A stretch of 63,758 nucleotides of DNA, filler included, from Kipferlia bialata (taxonomy: Eukaryota), in NCBI GenBank assembly GCA_003568945.1. It is 4 parts of 4 records of this genome, joined end to end, with 100 filler letters (N's around TTAATTAATTAA, not from the genome) between each part and the next. Parts side by side here need not be neighbours in the genome. Positions count along the whole stretch, not along the records: positions 19,335 to 38,562 come from BDIP01000437.1; positions 38,663 to 57,863 come from BDIP01000438.1; 2 more parts are not named here. One strand, written 5' to 3'. The translations under genes and the position numbers were made by a program. This document shows positions 24,500 through 38,670 of this stretch, piece after piece (the stretch's first letter is position 1; the number at the start of each line of letters is the position of its first letter). Below the pieces are notes generated by a model, which did no database searches, was not told the origin of the DNA, and saw nothing but the letters and a program-made list of their open reading frames with translations.

Positions 24500-25733
24500 T
24501 CTATTGTACACTCATCCCCCTCACATGCATCGAAATTGCCTCTGCTGCAGGTATCTTCTCCCACAGAGTATGTGTCACCACATGTCCTGATTATACATAT
24601 AGTTACACCACTGGTCACTCATCGTGTGACATGTCACCTGTGGATGGGTTTCCTGGGGCATCGCCAGGGTGGCGTGCAAAGGCTAGTAGAGGTGTATCCT
24701 CCTTCACACCCTCTCCCTCTCCCTCTCCCACAAGGGTGCCTGTCTTCCAGTCTAAGGCACTAGCTGTGGGGTCTACAGGTGGTACTAGAGGGGCGGGGGG
24801 TACAGCACAGTCCAGGACAGGGTTGGGATCCTCAGAGACAGAGTGGGAGAAGATGTCAGCCTGAGTGTGAGCTGTTGCAAATACACAAAGAATTTTGAGA
24901 GAGTGACTAGTATCAGTTCACCATTGTTAGCAGTGCACAGGATAGTATGAACTGGATAGGTACATGCAGTATTGGTGTATACCCACCTCCGGCACTGACA
25001 TCTGTGGGACTGACTGCTGGCTGTGCACAGAGACAGGCTGGAGGATGGGAGTCACACTCTCGACGGCACTGGACAGACCTGGAGTCAGCGAAGTGCGAGT
25101 CTATATGCGTGTATCTTTAGTATAGATTCTATACTGATCCTAACTTACAGGAACTCTGTGCCAGAATCAATATCAATATGATGTGTATATCATATACGCA
25201 ATGGTGCCACCACCATCTACAGCTAAACAGTATCACACTGACACTGACATACCTGAGCTCATTACCTAGCTCCTCTCCACTACCCCACAGAGTGTATATG
25301 TATGTGGCTGTAAATATGAATTATCGTCCGTAGTATCAATGCTATTCTAGTTGTACTGTCCTGAACTCATTGCCGTGCCCATCTCCACCAACCACCTTCA
25401 TAAACTGTATATGTAAAAGGATAATTACGCAAAACCTATATATAATACATATATTCCGCAGAGTACTGACCTGAGCTCATCGCCGTGCCCCTCTCCACCA
25501 CAGACACAGCACAGCACCGGTCAATGCGGCGCCCTTCCCGGCTGTTAGTCTGTTGGTGAATGAGAGGAACAAGAGCTGAAGGAGCAGTAATCAATACGTG
25601 AAGAAGAGATCAAAACACTATTGGTGACAATAACTCATAATAGTTGGAAATTGTATTCTTCTACCTGTAGCGGTGTGATGGCGCTGGACCTGCATCTGGA
25701 CCTTCTATGGCTATCCTCTGCCACAGGTTCCAT
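24500..25733 (-). CDS. Hypothetical low-complexity multi-exon protein
   Basis: ATG 25733 and five phase-compatible exons (MEPVAEDSH.., TNSREGRR.., GLSSAVESV.., ADIFSHSV.., GHVVTHTL..). Confidence 0.4.
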
Positions 25734-26037
25734 CGCTAGGGAGGTGAGAGGGAAGGACGTGCTACTATCTCTGTATCAGAGTGAAAGCCTCCCATGATGA
25801 TATAGAGTTCTGCGTTTTGAAACTTTCTCTTGACTTGAGTGAGAGCCTCAATTTGTTTGAGTCACTGTAACAGTGACACTGTTGAGTCACCAGCCAGTTC
25901 TTGACAACATACAAATTTACTTGGTACACAAAACATACACTAACACATACTGCTACACTCTTATAGAGTGCGACGAAAATGGGACGAAATTTTCCCAAGA
26001 GCACAACTTGGGCACGACTCCCTCCCCGGTAGCTGGC

Positions 26038-29000
26038 CTACACGACGTTATCGGCTGGTGGTCTCCGTGGCGGAGGGGGAGGGACCGCCCTTCTATCAGG
26101 ACTGAGTAGGGATGCCGAGGAGTGGGCTCTGGAGAGAGAGGGAGACAAAGAGGGTTCTTGGACTACCCGTCTAGGGGGCGGTGCCGGAGGCCGGCGAGAG
26201 GCAGACACTTCTGTAGGACCTCCGGATAGCATCTCACTTGGTACTCTTCTCAGGGGAGGTGGAGGAGGGGCGGTGCGACCGCGACTAGGCACAGGAGGAG
26301 TGGGGGTATTTCCCCCACCTCCAGCCTGTCTTCTAGGGGGAGGTGCCGGAGGGGCAGAGCGCCCAGAGGCACTACCAGGAGTGGGGCCAACCATGGGTGG
26401 GGGAGACTGTACTGGACTGAGCTTCACCCCACGGAAGGCCTCTTGCTTTGGAACATAGGCAGGATCTGTCAGCCTCCGCACCACTGGAATCGATGTCTTC
26501 GCCTGCTCCACAAACTGCCTACTCCAGCGCCGCATCTCTGCTCCATCCCCATGACCCTCTGGGGCGGTACAGGCGTGGAAGGGGGCCCTGCGGAACCTAC
26601 GCGCCAGCATCCGCCCATGCTGGGTGGCGTCATAGAGCTGCAGCAAGATCAGCGACAGCACGCAGACACCTCTCAGTGTGTTGAACAGAGTGTCACCACT
26701 GGGCAAGATGACAATTCCAAAGAGACAGAGGAGAGAGAGGACGTTGGCCGTGTAGCCCAGGGGGTATCTTCTGTGCATGGGTACCCTGAGGGGAGGCGAG
26801 GAGAGGGTCTCAGCTGTGATGGCCAAGAGGGGTCCGACAAGTGGGAAGGAGAGGAGGGAGGCGCTACGAAGAGATGCGTTCAGCTCCACATAACGCTCAG
26901 CGGCAGTAGGGTCCTGGAGGATGGCGTCCTTACGAAGGTCCCATACCCTGATATAAGAACATAGTTGTGCACAGAAAGTATGAATTAATACATATTCTGG
27001 TACCTCCTGTGTAGCTCTGCAACCTTAGTCATAGAGAGAGCATAGGGATCGAACTGGTGTACGGAGTCATCCGATTCAGAACCCCAAGCGTTGTAGACAG
27101 TGAACCCAGCGCTAGATGCCAATGCAAAGAGAGATATCCAGGCGGCACCGGGTGCACACGGGAACAGCCAAAGGGATAGGGATAGGGCGAGTGCTCCGCT
27201 GATGGCAAGACTGGCGATGTGCTCTACACGAGGAGAGAGCCTCTCGTACACCCCACCGACAGTCTGCAGTATGTAGCAGAGCGAGTGTGTCACAGGGGCC
27301 AGAAGGAGATAGCAACAGTGACTAGGGATAGCCATCACGCCGATGGCATACCGCCACGGGATCCTGGCGCCCTTGTTACTCTTAGCAGCCCACTTGAACA
27401 CTATACCTGTCGGCAGTGCTCTCTCTGAGAAGGCAAAGAGGATTCCAAGCTCATCTCCAAAGAATGTGACAATGAGATAGGTCAGACATGCCCCCAACCC
27501 ACAGATCACAACCACGGGTGTTGTCATAAATCCAACACCCACCACCAGTAACCAGAGTGCAACGTCACTAATAAGGCAGGAAGCCACGACAGCGACGGCC
27601 CTGAGAGTGTACACGATAGGGTATACGTAGATGAGGGTCTTGCGCTCTGAAGCAACTTGGAGTGCACAGAGACGCCAGTTGACACCGGTGACGAGTACTA
27701 GCAGAACTCCAAACACAACATAGGAGAGTACCACGAAGGCACCAGAGGCGCTGGAGTCTACAATACCCTGTACGAACCTAGAACAGAGTCCGTCAAGCCA
27801 CTCTGCAATACCCACTGACCACTTGAGCACTGGTACAGAGGACAGTGAGGATGCAAGGCTGATGCTGCGGAAGAGACCACAGAAGCGCAAGATGACAAAG
27901 AGGTTGACGCCGAGGGAGAGCAGCTTGATTGCGACTAGCCCGGCGAAGTGGGTGGCAAAGACGAGTGCGTACACCCTTCCAGTAACTGCCGAGGAGTTTG
28001 CCACGTCAGGTGCAGGAGGCGCAGTGTTCTTGGTTAGCAGAGCCAGTGCTAGGCAGCCGCCTACGATGAGAAGCAGCGCCACTGCCATATCAGCAATGCT
28101 GCGGAGTGAGACGAAGGGCAGTCCCTCTTCCCGCGCCACGGCCACTGGGATAGATACTAGAGTCTTGCCATCACTAACCACATCGAAATGGGCATTGACT
28201 GGTGCATTAGATGGCACACAGAAGTGGAGGGTACAGGAGACAGTCTCCACATTGGCAAGAGAGTACGAGAAGTACTGCTCAAGAGGCTCTGTCTCAGGCT
28301 GGGTGAAGGATACCCCATCGGCCGCACAGGATACAAGTGTTCCATCAGCGTCGTATAGGGCGATGGATGCCTGTGAGCACTGACCCCTAGGCACAGCAGC
28401 TGAGTCCTGACTCACAACCTCACCCCTAATAGGTGACGGAGCAGAGCTGGACGAGCCTCTGACCCACCCGAACCCTGCTTGAGTAGCAACAACACCCTCC
28501 GATGTGGACAGAGTCACTTCTACCGCTAATGGTAGGTACTCGCCATCAGCGCCCTGCTGCCAAGTGGCGGGTATGGCAAATGGCGAGTCTAGTGCTGCGT
28601 ACAGGTCAACACTATCAGCCACTGTAGCTGACAGCTCCACAGAACCTTGCTGCTCGTCTCCTATAACGACCTGGGCAGGGGTGCCCACAGTGAATGTACT
28701 GGTATCACCGGAGAGACTCACTCCCGTAATCACATCCTCTGAGCCAGTGTTCTCCTCTATGACGAGAGAAGGCAGTCCCTTGGATGCGTATGTGACGCCA
28801 TACACAGTGTGAGGCAGTACAGTGACATAGTCTGAGCTGTATTGGATCCCAGAGAGCGAGAAGAGAACTGGCTCAGAAGGGAATATCCAGTCATTGTCGC
28901 TCATCCACACACAATCTGCAGAGGAATCACTCTCTGACGTAACCGCTGGCAGAGTGAATACACCAGACTGACTCTCAATCTCAACCTCCACTGCAGTGGT

Positions 29001-32000
29001 CTCTGGGATGTACAGGTCAGCTGTATCGGCAGCCACGGTCAGCGAAACACCTGATGTTATATCCTAGTGGACCTGAGAGGAGAGGTGTTCTACGTAGGCA
29101 GATATTCATAGTCATATCAGAGGTAATACGGGGAATACATACCAGCGTTGGCTGCCAGGACAGAGAGGTCAAATCCACTGGGTGTGTACTCTAGCCAGTC
29201 ACTGTCGAACAGAGCTACGCGATTGTCAGCAGTGTGCGCTATGAGTGTAGCTCTGTCGAGGGACACTCCGTAAGGTGAACTAGGCAGACCCAGAACGGAA
29301 GCACCAAAGACTCTTTCCCATTGTGCAGAAGCACTCTGCAGCTGGTAGACTGAAAGGGAAGGATCGCCACCCGCAACAACCAAGGTGTCTCTCTCAAAGT
29401 AGAGGGCAAATCCAAATACCTCCTCGCCATCTCCCTCGCTGGAAAGCGACTGAGCCAACTCCCAGGACTGACTAGAGGAGAGCGAGTAGATATCGACCAC
29501 TCCAGAGGCATCTGTGCTTGATATTCTGGACACAGCTACATAGCCACCAGATACCGCCATGTAACTTCCAGTAGCACTCAGCACTACAGAGAAGGCATCT
29601 GACTCATCCCGCTCTATCAGGTAGAGATAGTCCTCTCCTGCAACCTGTGCCCCTACAGCGAACCTGTCACCATCCGTGTAGACCGTCTGGCCGAGAGACT
29701 CAGCGCTGGCCAAGTCATCTGTTGAGACAATCTCATCAAGACCGAAGCGGTGGATGCTCTGCCAGACTATACCCACAAGCTCATATCTAGAGTGAGACTA
29801 TAACAGGAACGAAATCTCTCCTAAACTATAGAGCTAAGAATGATCGATGAGTCAAAGAGAAACGTACATGTAGAGGGCGCCTCCAGTCTCGTAGCGGTCA
29901 CGCTCCCTACCGACGCAGAGGAGAGATCCACGGAGGGATACCGGCTTTAGTGAGACGGAGTAAATAACAGCCACAAGGACAGTCACAGTGTATATATATA
30001 TACTGTAGGTTACTTCATACCTGTGGGAATGTATCCATGTCATCCTCCCCTGCCTCTACCACAGAGTATCTAAGGACCTGCTGTCTGCTCCATGTCTGGG
30101 ACTCCTCATCAAGGCGGTATATCACAACGTCCTGAGAGTAAGGAGGGAGAGAGAGAAAGATTGTGAATTATACCACGACACATCCGACTACAAATAGAGG
30201 GGAGGGGAATCGAATCCGGGAACGTACCTCATAGCTGGTCCCTAGTCCAGTCACTGCCAGCCACTCTCCATCCATGGCCATGGCGAGACCCTGCATGTCC
30301 TAGGATGAGAGTATATATGTATATATCGAAGGTAATAGAGTGTGACAATATATCCGGCAACAGTTGGCACTATTATCACACGAAAACTGTGAATACCTGG
30401 TTTGAGTAGAGCTTCTGTGCATACACCCAGTTGCCAGTGTCTGCATCTGACTCATCCTTGGTAGAGTCTACAGACTCCTTAGATGACTTTGTTCTGTGAT
30501 AGATGAAGACAGCACCCCTCTCTGAACCGTAGTCAGGGGCACCAACAGCAGCCCAGTCGCCTTGGCATGAGAAGACAATGACAAAGGTATACATGTAGGG
30601 GATCCAACGTGTATGAGGGAGAGAGAACCCATGATATTCAGAGAGTGAGACACATACCAGAGACTGCAACCGAGTAGCCAAACGCGATGTCTTCATCTGA
30701 AGTGACCAGTCCTATTGATTAGCATTTGATCGGAACCTCCTATCCCTGGATGGAGTAGACACAATATTTTTCTTTACTTGTCTCATGTAAACAATACTGA
30801 ATCCACGAGAGAGTCAGTGTATATGAAATACCAGTAGACATATATGTACCTGTCGTGGCCTGACCGACCTCTGACACGATGGAGAATGGAGAGAATGGGT
30901 AGATGTCTGGCTCAGATAGAATGGCAGAGCCCTCATACACGACCTGGAGGGTACCGATCTCAGTCACAGTGGCCTATGGGTTAGACAAATGAAGTCGAGG
31001 CAAGACAGTACTCCAACGCACTTCACTATATAGCATAATTAGTCATCGAAAGGCTGCAAATACTGCAGTATCTCTCACTATATACTAGATCAATAGTACC
31101 TCTGATATGAATGCAGTCTCTGTCTGATCCCACATGGCTGTGTCTGTCAGACCCCCAGCAGAGACAGTGACAGGGGCATTGTAGCCACCGACAGTCCGGC
31201 CAAGATAGTCGGAGACAGTAACCTGACAAATGAGAACAATGACAGAAAGTGAAAGAGAGTACATGTACCCTTTGAAGAGATATATTGATACCGATCTGGA
31301 TATGCATGCATATATATATATTTACTAGTATATCTGAGTGCACTATGATACATATCATACTGACCTCTACCATGCTCTGGACCCCTGTTGGAAAGGATGT
31401 CGGTGCCACAGTCACAATACCCTGCTCATAGAGATTGAGGGTGCTAAACAAGGGCGCAACTGTACCACTGGGAACGGTAATGGTACCATACTCGTCACTA
31501 GTGACATACACGTCAAGAGGTGCTGACAGGTCGGTGGTGCTATCCGCGAGATAGAGAGAGGGAGAGAGAGGAGCGGAGTGGAAGAGGAAGTCTTCATTCC
31601 ACTCTGCCTCGACTGGGGAGGAAGAGGGATGGTCCGACCAAGAGACAGAGACCTAGGGTAAGAACACGGTGTGCAACAGGCATACATGGTTGCATACAGC
31701 CGCATGCATGAAATACTCTCTTCGAATGATAGTTAAATACGAACTAACCTGTCGAGCGCTATCTGTGATTGGCCAGTTGTTCTCATTGTAAAGTACAACT
31801 TCCACCGATGGACCAGAAAGGAGACAGGGCAGCACATCAACTCTGACATGAGTGGAAGCAAGACGAGACAAATGTGAATACCACAGTCTCTCTCGTCACA
31901 ACCACTATATTAATATTAAGTGTCCACTATATACTTCACCTGAATGTGGGTCCGAACAGTATGGTCAGGGTGTGCCAGTGGGCTGTGGTGATGGTGTGGG

Positions 32001-35000
32001 TGGTCTCCTGGTTCCTAGGGTCTGATTCATATTACACAAACCTATTCACCTTAAATCTAAATGTACTGAGAAGGAGCATGAGTGTAGATGTGAATTACGA
32101 GAGGAATCGTAGCGTTCGTTTTGGAATATGAAGAGGCTCCATACTTTGTGTAGTATCCGATGGACCCCCTGCCCGGTGGATAGCTGAGTGTGCGTGTGCT
32201 CTCGTAGAGCTCAGCCTCTGCATCCAATGTACATGAGTTGTAGACACCATTGACACCCACATTGACAGAGGTGTTGGTCACAACTTCACTGATATTAGAA
32301 TCACAGCAATACTAAAACTACGACATAGTGCTCCAAATACTATAATATTCTTATGGATATGGGGTACAATTTGGAACACATACTCACCCGGCACTGTCCC
32401 TGACTGGTTTCAGCCACAGGTCAGTGTATCCTCCTATGGTCAGATACCCAGATACACTCAGAATGAAAACTTGCATATATCGGAGAGTCCAGACGATACG
32501 AACATGAAAATATATCTTCACAGCAGATGAATCTGCTTGTATATCCCCACCTATCATCTCTGGAGAGGATGGAATCTTGAACTCTGAGTCCCACATGACA
32601 ACACCCCCTACACCGTCGGTACCACCTGGGGTTATCCTCTACAACAATACTAATATCAAACGACTGTACCCTAACGTAGACATTATGTAAGGTATACATA
32701 TATTCATTATGAATAACAATTCAAAAATGAGTATTGTCCCATGATGGTGACTCCATATCGAAACAAATTCTGTGAGCACATACCTGGAAGACCAGCGACC
32801 ATCCTGCCCTCTGAGATGTCTAGCCTGGGGTAAGCAGTATATATATTATGTTATGTATCTACGGGTTGTCGCACCATTATGTAGTCGAATGGTGTTGAAT
32901 GAGATTACTGAATGTCAATACGTACGTTGAGCCTAGCTGTTCCGAGTTGTAGGCGTCGTGGTAGGTGATAGTCGACCATCCAGTGGTAGAGTAGCGCTAG
33001 TGTGAGGGTGGAGACAATCAGAGCAAAATCCTATACCATGAATATGAATACACAGGTATCTTGATGCATCATATATAGAGAAGGACAGACATACCTGGTA
33101 CACCCAGATGCCCCCACTGTCTGTCCTACGACCTGGTATCAGACATATGGACGTAAATAGGCCAAATAGATGTATCGTCAACACTTTCATCCTTCATTCA
33201 TAATAACAACACACCTGGGATGCCGACCAAGAGGGTGTTCCCATAGAGCTTCACCTCCTGCCATAAGCAATTAATATAGAGAGCGGTGCAGTGACAGTCA
33301 TAAACTTCATTGAAATGATATTATTATTCACAATGTCATCCACCTGGCCATATAGGGATGTGTCTGTGTCGGAGTATGACTGGAAGGCTGATGTGTATGT
33401 GGCTGTGCCGTCATCTGACACAGCATACACCTCGACCTGGGGTGAGGTATTGATACATGTATGTATACATATGCACCAATAACTATACATAAGAGAGGGG
33501 AGTTAATGTGGCTGTACCATCATCTAACATCGACCTGGGGTGAGGTTCCAACACGAGTACAGAATCGAGAAACTATCAGGGTCGGCGACGTGAAAATACC
33601 TTCTCCTTCAGTGGCACTCCCACGACCAGTGTCCCAAGGTCCATACTCACAGAGAGGAGAGAGCTTGAGTTAGACTTATCATAAAGAGAGGGAGAGAGAA
33701 AGATAGAGATTTCAGGAACAGTGTCCCTAGGTCCATACTCACAGGGAGAACAAAACAGGTATCAGACAAAATACTGAGCGGATATATGAAAAGAGAGTAG
33801 CATTCTGATACTCACCCGTTGTCGTCCTCGTCCTCCTCGTCTGTGTCATAACCTACCACTAAAGTACAGATACATTTACACATATAAATATGGGTCTGTG
33901 AATATGTATTGTCCAGTACTTCTCACCCGTTGTCATCCTCGCCCTCCTCGTCTGTGTCTATGGTGGCATCAGGGGAATCAGGCCACACGCCTAGGGTAAG
34001 GGGAGTTATAAGTGTGAATATATAAGAAGAGAGGGAAATAGAGATATTCAATGGTGGCATCAGGGGAATCAGGCCAAACACCGAAGATTAGTATATAATA
34101 TAATCAACATATACCACTATCCAATGAAGCAGTAACTGACGGACATATCAGGCAAGTATAAGTATATACCTGGTGCAGTCTCTGCATATATGTATCCATT
34201 GTGAGTTTAAGGAATACATCTAGATATTTATATGTATATATCAGAGATGTATCCCACTTGTACCTGGCGCAGTCTCTGCATAGATGTATGCCTTCCCGGC
34301 ACCACCCACTGAGAGCAGAGCAACATCACCTGGATAAGATAGAGCGTGTGAAAGGAAATGTGGACCTACAAGAACCGACTCGGCTAAAAGAAATCAAAGA
34401 ATATGTATATGTAAGTGATAGTATACAAGGTGGGAGTATGAATATAGAAACACACCAGATATGTCTAGATCCACAGAGTGTCCAAAGTACAGGTCGGACT
34501 CAGGACCCTCAATCTCAGCCTGGAATGAGTGAGTGGTAGTTCAATAATCTATGAGGGTGATTGAGAGACATGCATGTCAACTGACTCCTGGATAACTGTG
34601 AGTGACTAAGACCCATACCTGGAGGTTCCATGACCTGCCGCTACTGCTGGGTTCAAAGACTCCAACAACACCTGTGGGGTAGAGAAGAGAGAGAGAAAAC
34701 ATGGTGAGGCAGCAGGAGGTGAATCAGGGAAGAATAGACTCCCATGGTTATCATCAATAGTGATAGAGACACCGGCATGTACCTAAGTCCAAGCCATCCT
34801 CGCTGCCCATACACCCAACTGCCAGTCTGTCCTCATACAGGGCAAGGGATACACCCATGGAGTCGGTGGAGCCTGTGTTTAGAGAGGTAACAACAGTATA
34901 TTCATACGAATGAATATATACATATATATACAGAGAAAGATAGAGCCAGGGACACACCCATGGAGTCGGTGGAGCCTATTATCAGATATACATGAATGTA

Positions 35001-37133
35001 TATATATATACATAGAGAGAGAGGGCAAGACACACACATATGGAGTCGGCGGAGCTGAGGATTAGAGAGGTATTATCATATACTAATATATATATGAATA
35101 CATATATATTATATACACCGGTTGCAATTAAGGGTGGGCTCTAGCTATTTTTTGGTTTAGGGGTTGGTATCGCAATAGACAGAAATCATCATCATACATA
35201 TACATATACATATACATATATATACAGAGAAAGATAGAGCCAGGGTCACCCCATGGAGCCGGTGGAGCCTAATTATCAGATATATATGAATGTATATTAA
35301 TAGAGAGGGAGAGGGATGGGGGCAGATAGTCAGGGACACATCCATGGAGTCGGTGGAGCCGAAGGGTTAGAGATATAGGTATATATATTGTCAATTGTGT
35401 ATATGTAGAGCAAGATAGAGAGAGAACGAGAAGCAGGGACACACCCATGGATCCTAGGGGTTAGATATAGGTATTCGTGTAAGTATGCATATATAGGGAG
35501 AAAGACAGAGCATGAGCGAGAGAGAGAGATTCAAACACTGGTAAGTGGTAAGTGCAAATATACTCACGTCTTACCTACAGATGTCTCTCTGTCACAGACA
35601 TGGTCCCATTCACCAGTGGCCTAGGAGTTAGCATACTACATACACACAAAAACAGCAATATGGAGGAATACAGTTGATCACTCGTAATAATCAAGGTACT
35701 GACACAAAGAGAGGACTGTGGTAAAATAGAACTAGTACCTTGGAGTAGAAGTGCACGCGGCACTTGCCACCGTCTCCATATCTGAAATCAGAGAAAGAGA
35801 GAGAAGAGGAGAGAACAATATGGAGCAAAGTATATACATATCTCATAAACCGTACTATATGACTCACACATCTCATAAAGATGACTGTATTTATAGACAT
35901 GGTTACTTACCCTGCTGCCACCATCCACCCAATATAGTCTTTGCATCAATATCATGAACACAGTTGTCCCTATTTCGTATATACACACACATGTAGATAT
36001 ATCACAATATACTTACCCTGCTGCCACCATCCAGTCCTTGGCTGCACCCACGGCAGAGCCAAACCTGGGGGTAATATACAAGAGAGAGGAGAGAGACTAA
36101 CTGACACTTCAAAGGAAGAAGAGAGTATCACTATACAATGTACCTGGCAGGTACGTCCCACACATACTCATGGGTGGTCTCCACCACCCCATCAGCATTC
36201 AAGGACTGGATATAGGCAGTCTTGGCACCTGGGGTGAATTCAGCAGAATGATAGAACATTATAGGAACACTTACAAGCGGGAAGTAAGGAATTCTTCGAT
36301 GATGCTCATTAAAGAGTGAAGAGAAGTGCGAATAGTATTAAACTATGACACCTGGGGATCCGACCATCCATCAATAGTTAATATATAGAGTAATACTATA
36401 TTAGCATATAAGTACTTAATGTAATATAATAATACTATTCTATTCTAGCTGTGCTGGTACCTGGGGCTCCGATCATCCACTCGGTGCCATACATGGCGAC
36501 AGAGGTACCAAACCTGTGTGGTTAGAGTGTGTGAAGACGAATATTCTTTAATATATACATATATAGAGAGAGTAATGTCGTGCATGGCGACAGAGGTACC
36601 TAACCTGCAATGAGTAAGTGGGGAGAGCCAGACATAATTCAAAGTATCTATACCCATATATAAGTATACATAGGTGGAGATACATACATACCTGTCTCCC
36701 TCAGCTGATGAAGCATTGTCGGAGTGTGCATACACCACCGGTCTAGTGAATACATCAGACACGGTGAGGATGGTGCCATCGTCGTGGATCAGTGAACCGT
36801 TGAGGTATACCTATGGGGTCAGTCAGATAGAGAGTGATAGTGTATATAGCATATAGTATATATAGAGTGAGGGTGGTTCCATCGTCATGAAGTCGAGTCC
36901 CATTGAGATAGACCTACCAATCAGATATATTCAATGCAAAAAATGATTAGACCCACGATACCTTAGCGTAGCTGTCCTGGCTCAGCTCCAGTGCCACTGT
37001 ATTAGACTGGGTGTCCTGGTCCCACTCAAGGGTGTAGGTGGTGGCAGAGGCAGTGTCAATGCGCACTGTCTCAAGGGTGACAACATCGGATGCGTCACTG
37101 CCTAAAGTAAGAAGTTGTATATTATATATATTA

Positions 37134-37172
<39 letters not shown>

Positions 37173-38440
37173 TCGATATTAATATAGATGCAGTCAGTGT
37201 CTATGCGCACTGTCTCTAGGGTGATGACATCGGATGCGTCACTGCCTGGGGTGGGAGGAGACTTAGTATCCATATATGTATGTATATATATATGTGTGTG
37301 TGTGTTTGCGTGTATTCAGCGTGAGGGACATAAACATATATATGTGGTGTACGAACAGTATCAGGGCTAACACTAGGACATACAACCAATACACTCTGAG
37401 CATCAATGGAATTGAAAAGAAGCAACGCCCCTAACAATCTGGTGTATCATCTTGATAGGATACATTGACACAGGGTGTACACGTATATATATACACATAT
37501 ATATACATATATAGGTACTTGCATGTACTAATTAATGCATCATCTGATATAGCCCTCACCTACTGCTGCCCCGTCTGTATCCACAATATGCACATACACC
37601 TGAGAGGTAAGAGGTGAACACTAGAACCAATTAGGGAAGAGGTTAGAGAATATCAGTCATTCTCAGAAGAGGGGGGGCAAATGTGACAGACATATATTGA
37701 TATATACCCCACACACCGATGTGCGCACTCTGGATGCCAGAGTGGCGGGTGACACTGTCACAGAGGCTATGGCAGTAGGGTCAGTCTCCTTGACAGCGTA
37801 TGGAGCGTCAAAGGCGTCTAAAACGTCTCTCTCAGTGTGTCCAGAGAGCAGCCACTTCTTCGGATAGGCAGCAGGGGAGAGAGAGGAGGGGGAGTCAACG
37901 AGGGACAGCCCGAGAGCTGAGGGTGAGGACTTTCAACACAATTCAGAGTATACATGCGCTCATCATTCTCTCTCTACCACTCACATATCAGAAAGACACT
38001 AGAATACACAAACCTTCAACCCCATGCCCCTGAGCATGCCCAGTCTAGTATATACATGTACTATAGAGAAGTGTAGGTATGGTAGTCACATATATAGTTA
38101 CCTTCAAGGTCGGCCTCTGCCTCTGAGCATAGCATGTCCTGACACACATACAGAGGGAGTGGATAGGAGGATACAGTGGACATATCAGGGGACCCAACCT
38201 GTGTGTCAGATATTTGGAAGAGGAAGGAGAAAAAAAGTCAAAGGTAGATACAAAGGAGAGAGCACAAATGCACATCATAGTGGGAGAGAGAAGGAGACAG
38301 AGAGAGAGAGAGAGAGATGACATACCTCCACATTCACTGTTGCCTCAGTGTACCCAACTAGAGACACGTCCAGTGGAATATCCACCCTATAGAGGCATGT
38401 CAATGCATCGAAGGTGGCATCTTGGACATGGTCCTAGTAT
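26038..38440 (-). CDS. Very large receptor-like membrane protein: FG-GAP/integrin-alpha-like propeller repeats and beta-rich ectodomain, ~10 hydrophobic segments, proline-rich cytoplasmic tail; 5'-incomplete
   Basis: Exons encode FGTSVAMYGTEWMIGAP, MGVSLALYEDRLAVGC, LYGNTLLVGIPG, GDWAAVGAPDYGSERGAVFIY and FGFALYFERDTLVV. ORFs 29117-29776, 26985-29036 and 26038-26889 join in frame through short introns (e.g. 27003-26948). The tail has repeated PPPPP(R/L)R. Confidence 0.7.
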
Positions 38441-38562
38441 CAGAGGGAGAGAAAGAGAGAGAGAGATAGAGGCAGATGGATCGAAGGTGGCATCTTTGAC
38501 ATGACAGGTCCTAGTATCAGAGGGGGGGGGGGGGGGGGGGGGGGGGAGCCCCAAGTAAGCGG

Positions 38563-38662
38563 NNNNNNNNNNNNNNNNNNNNNNNNNNNNNNNNNNNNNN
38601 NNNNNNTTAATTAATTAANNNNNNNNNNNNNNNNNNNNNNNNNNNNNNNNNNNNNNNNNNNN
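38563..38662. other. Artificial contig linker N-TTAATTAATTAA-N
   Basis: Same 12-mer at 38607-38618. Confidence 0.95.
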
Positions 38663-38670
38663 ACTGAGGC

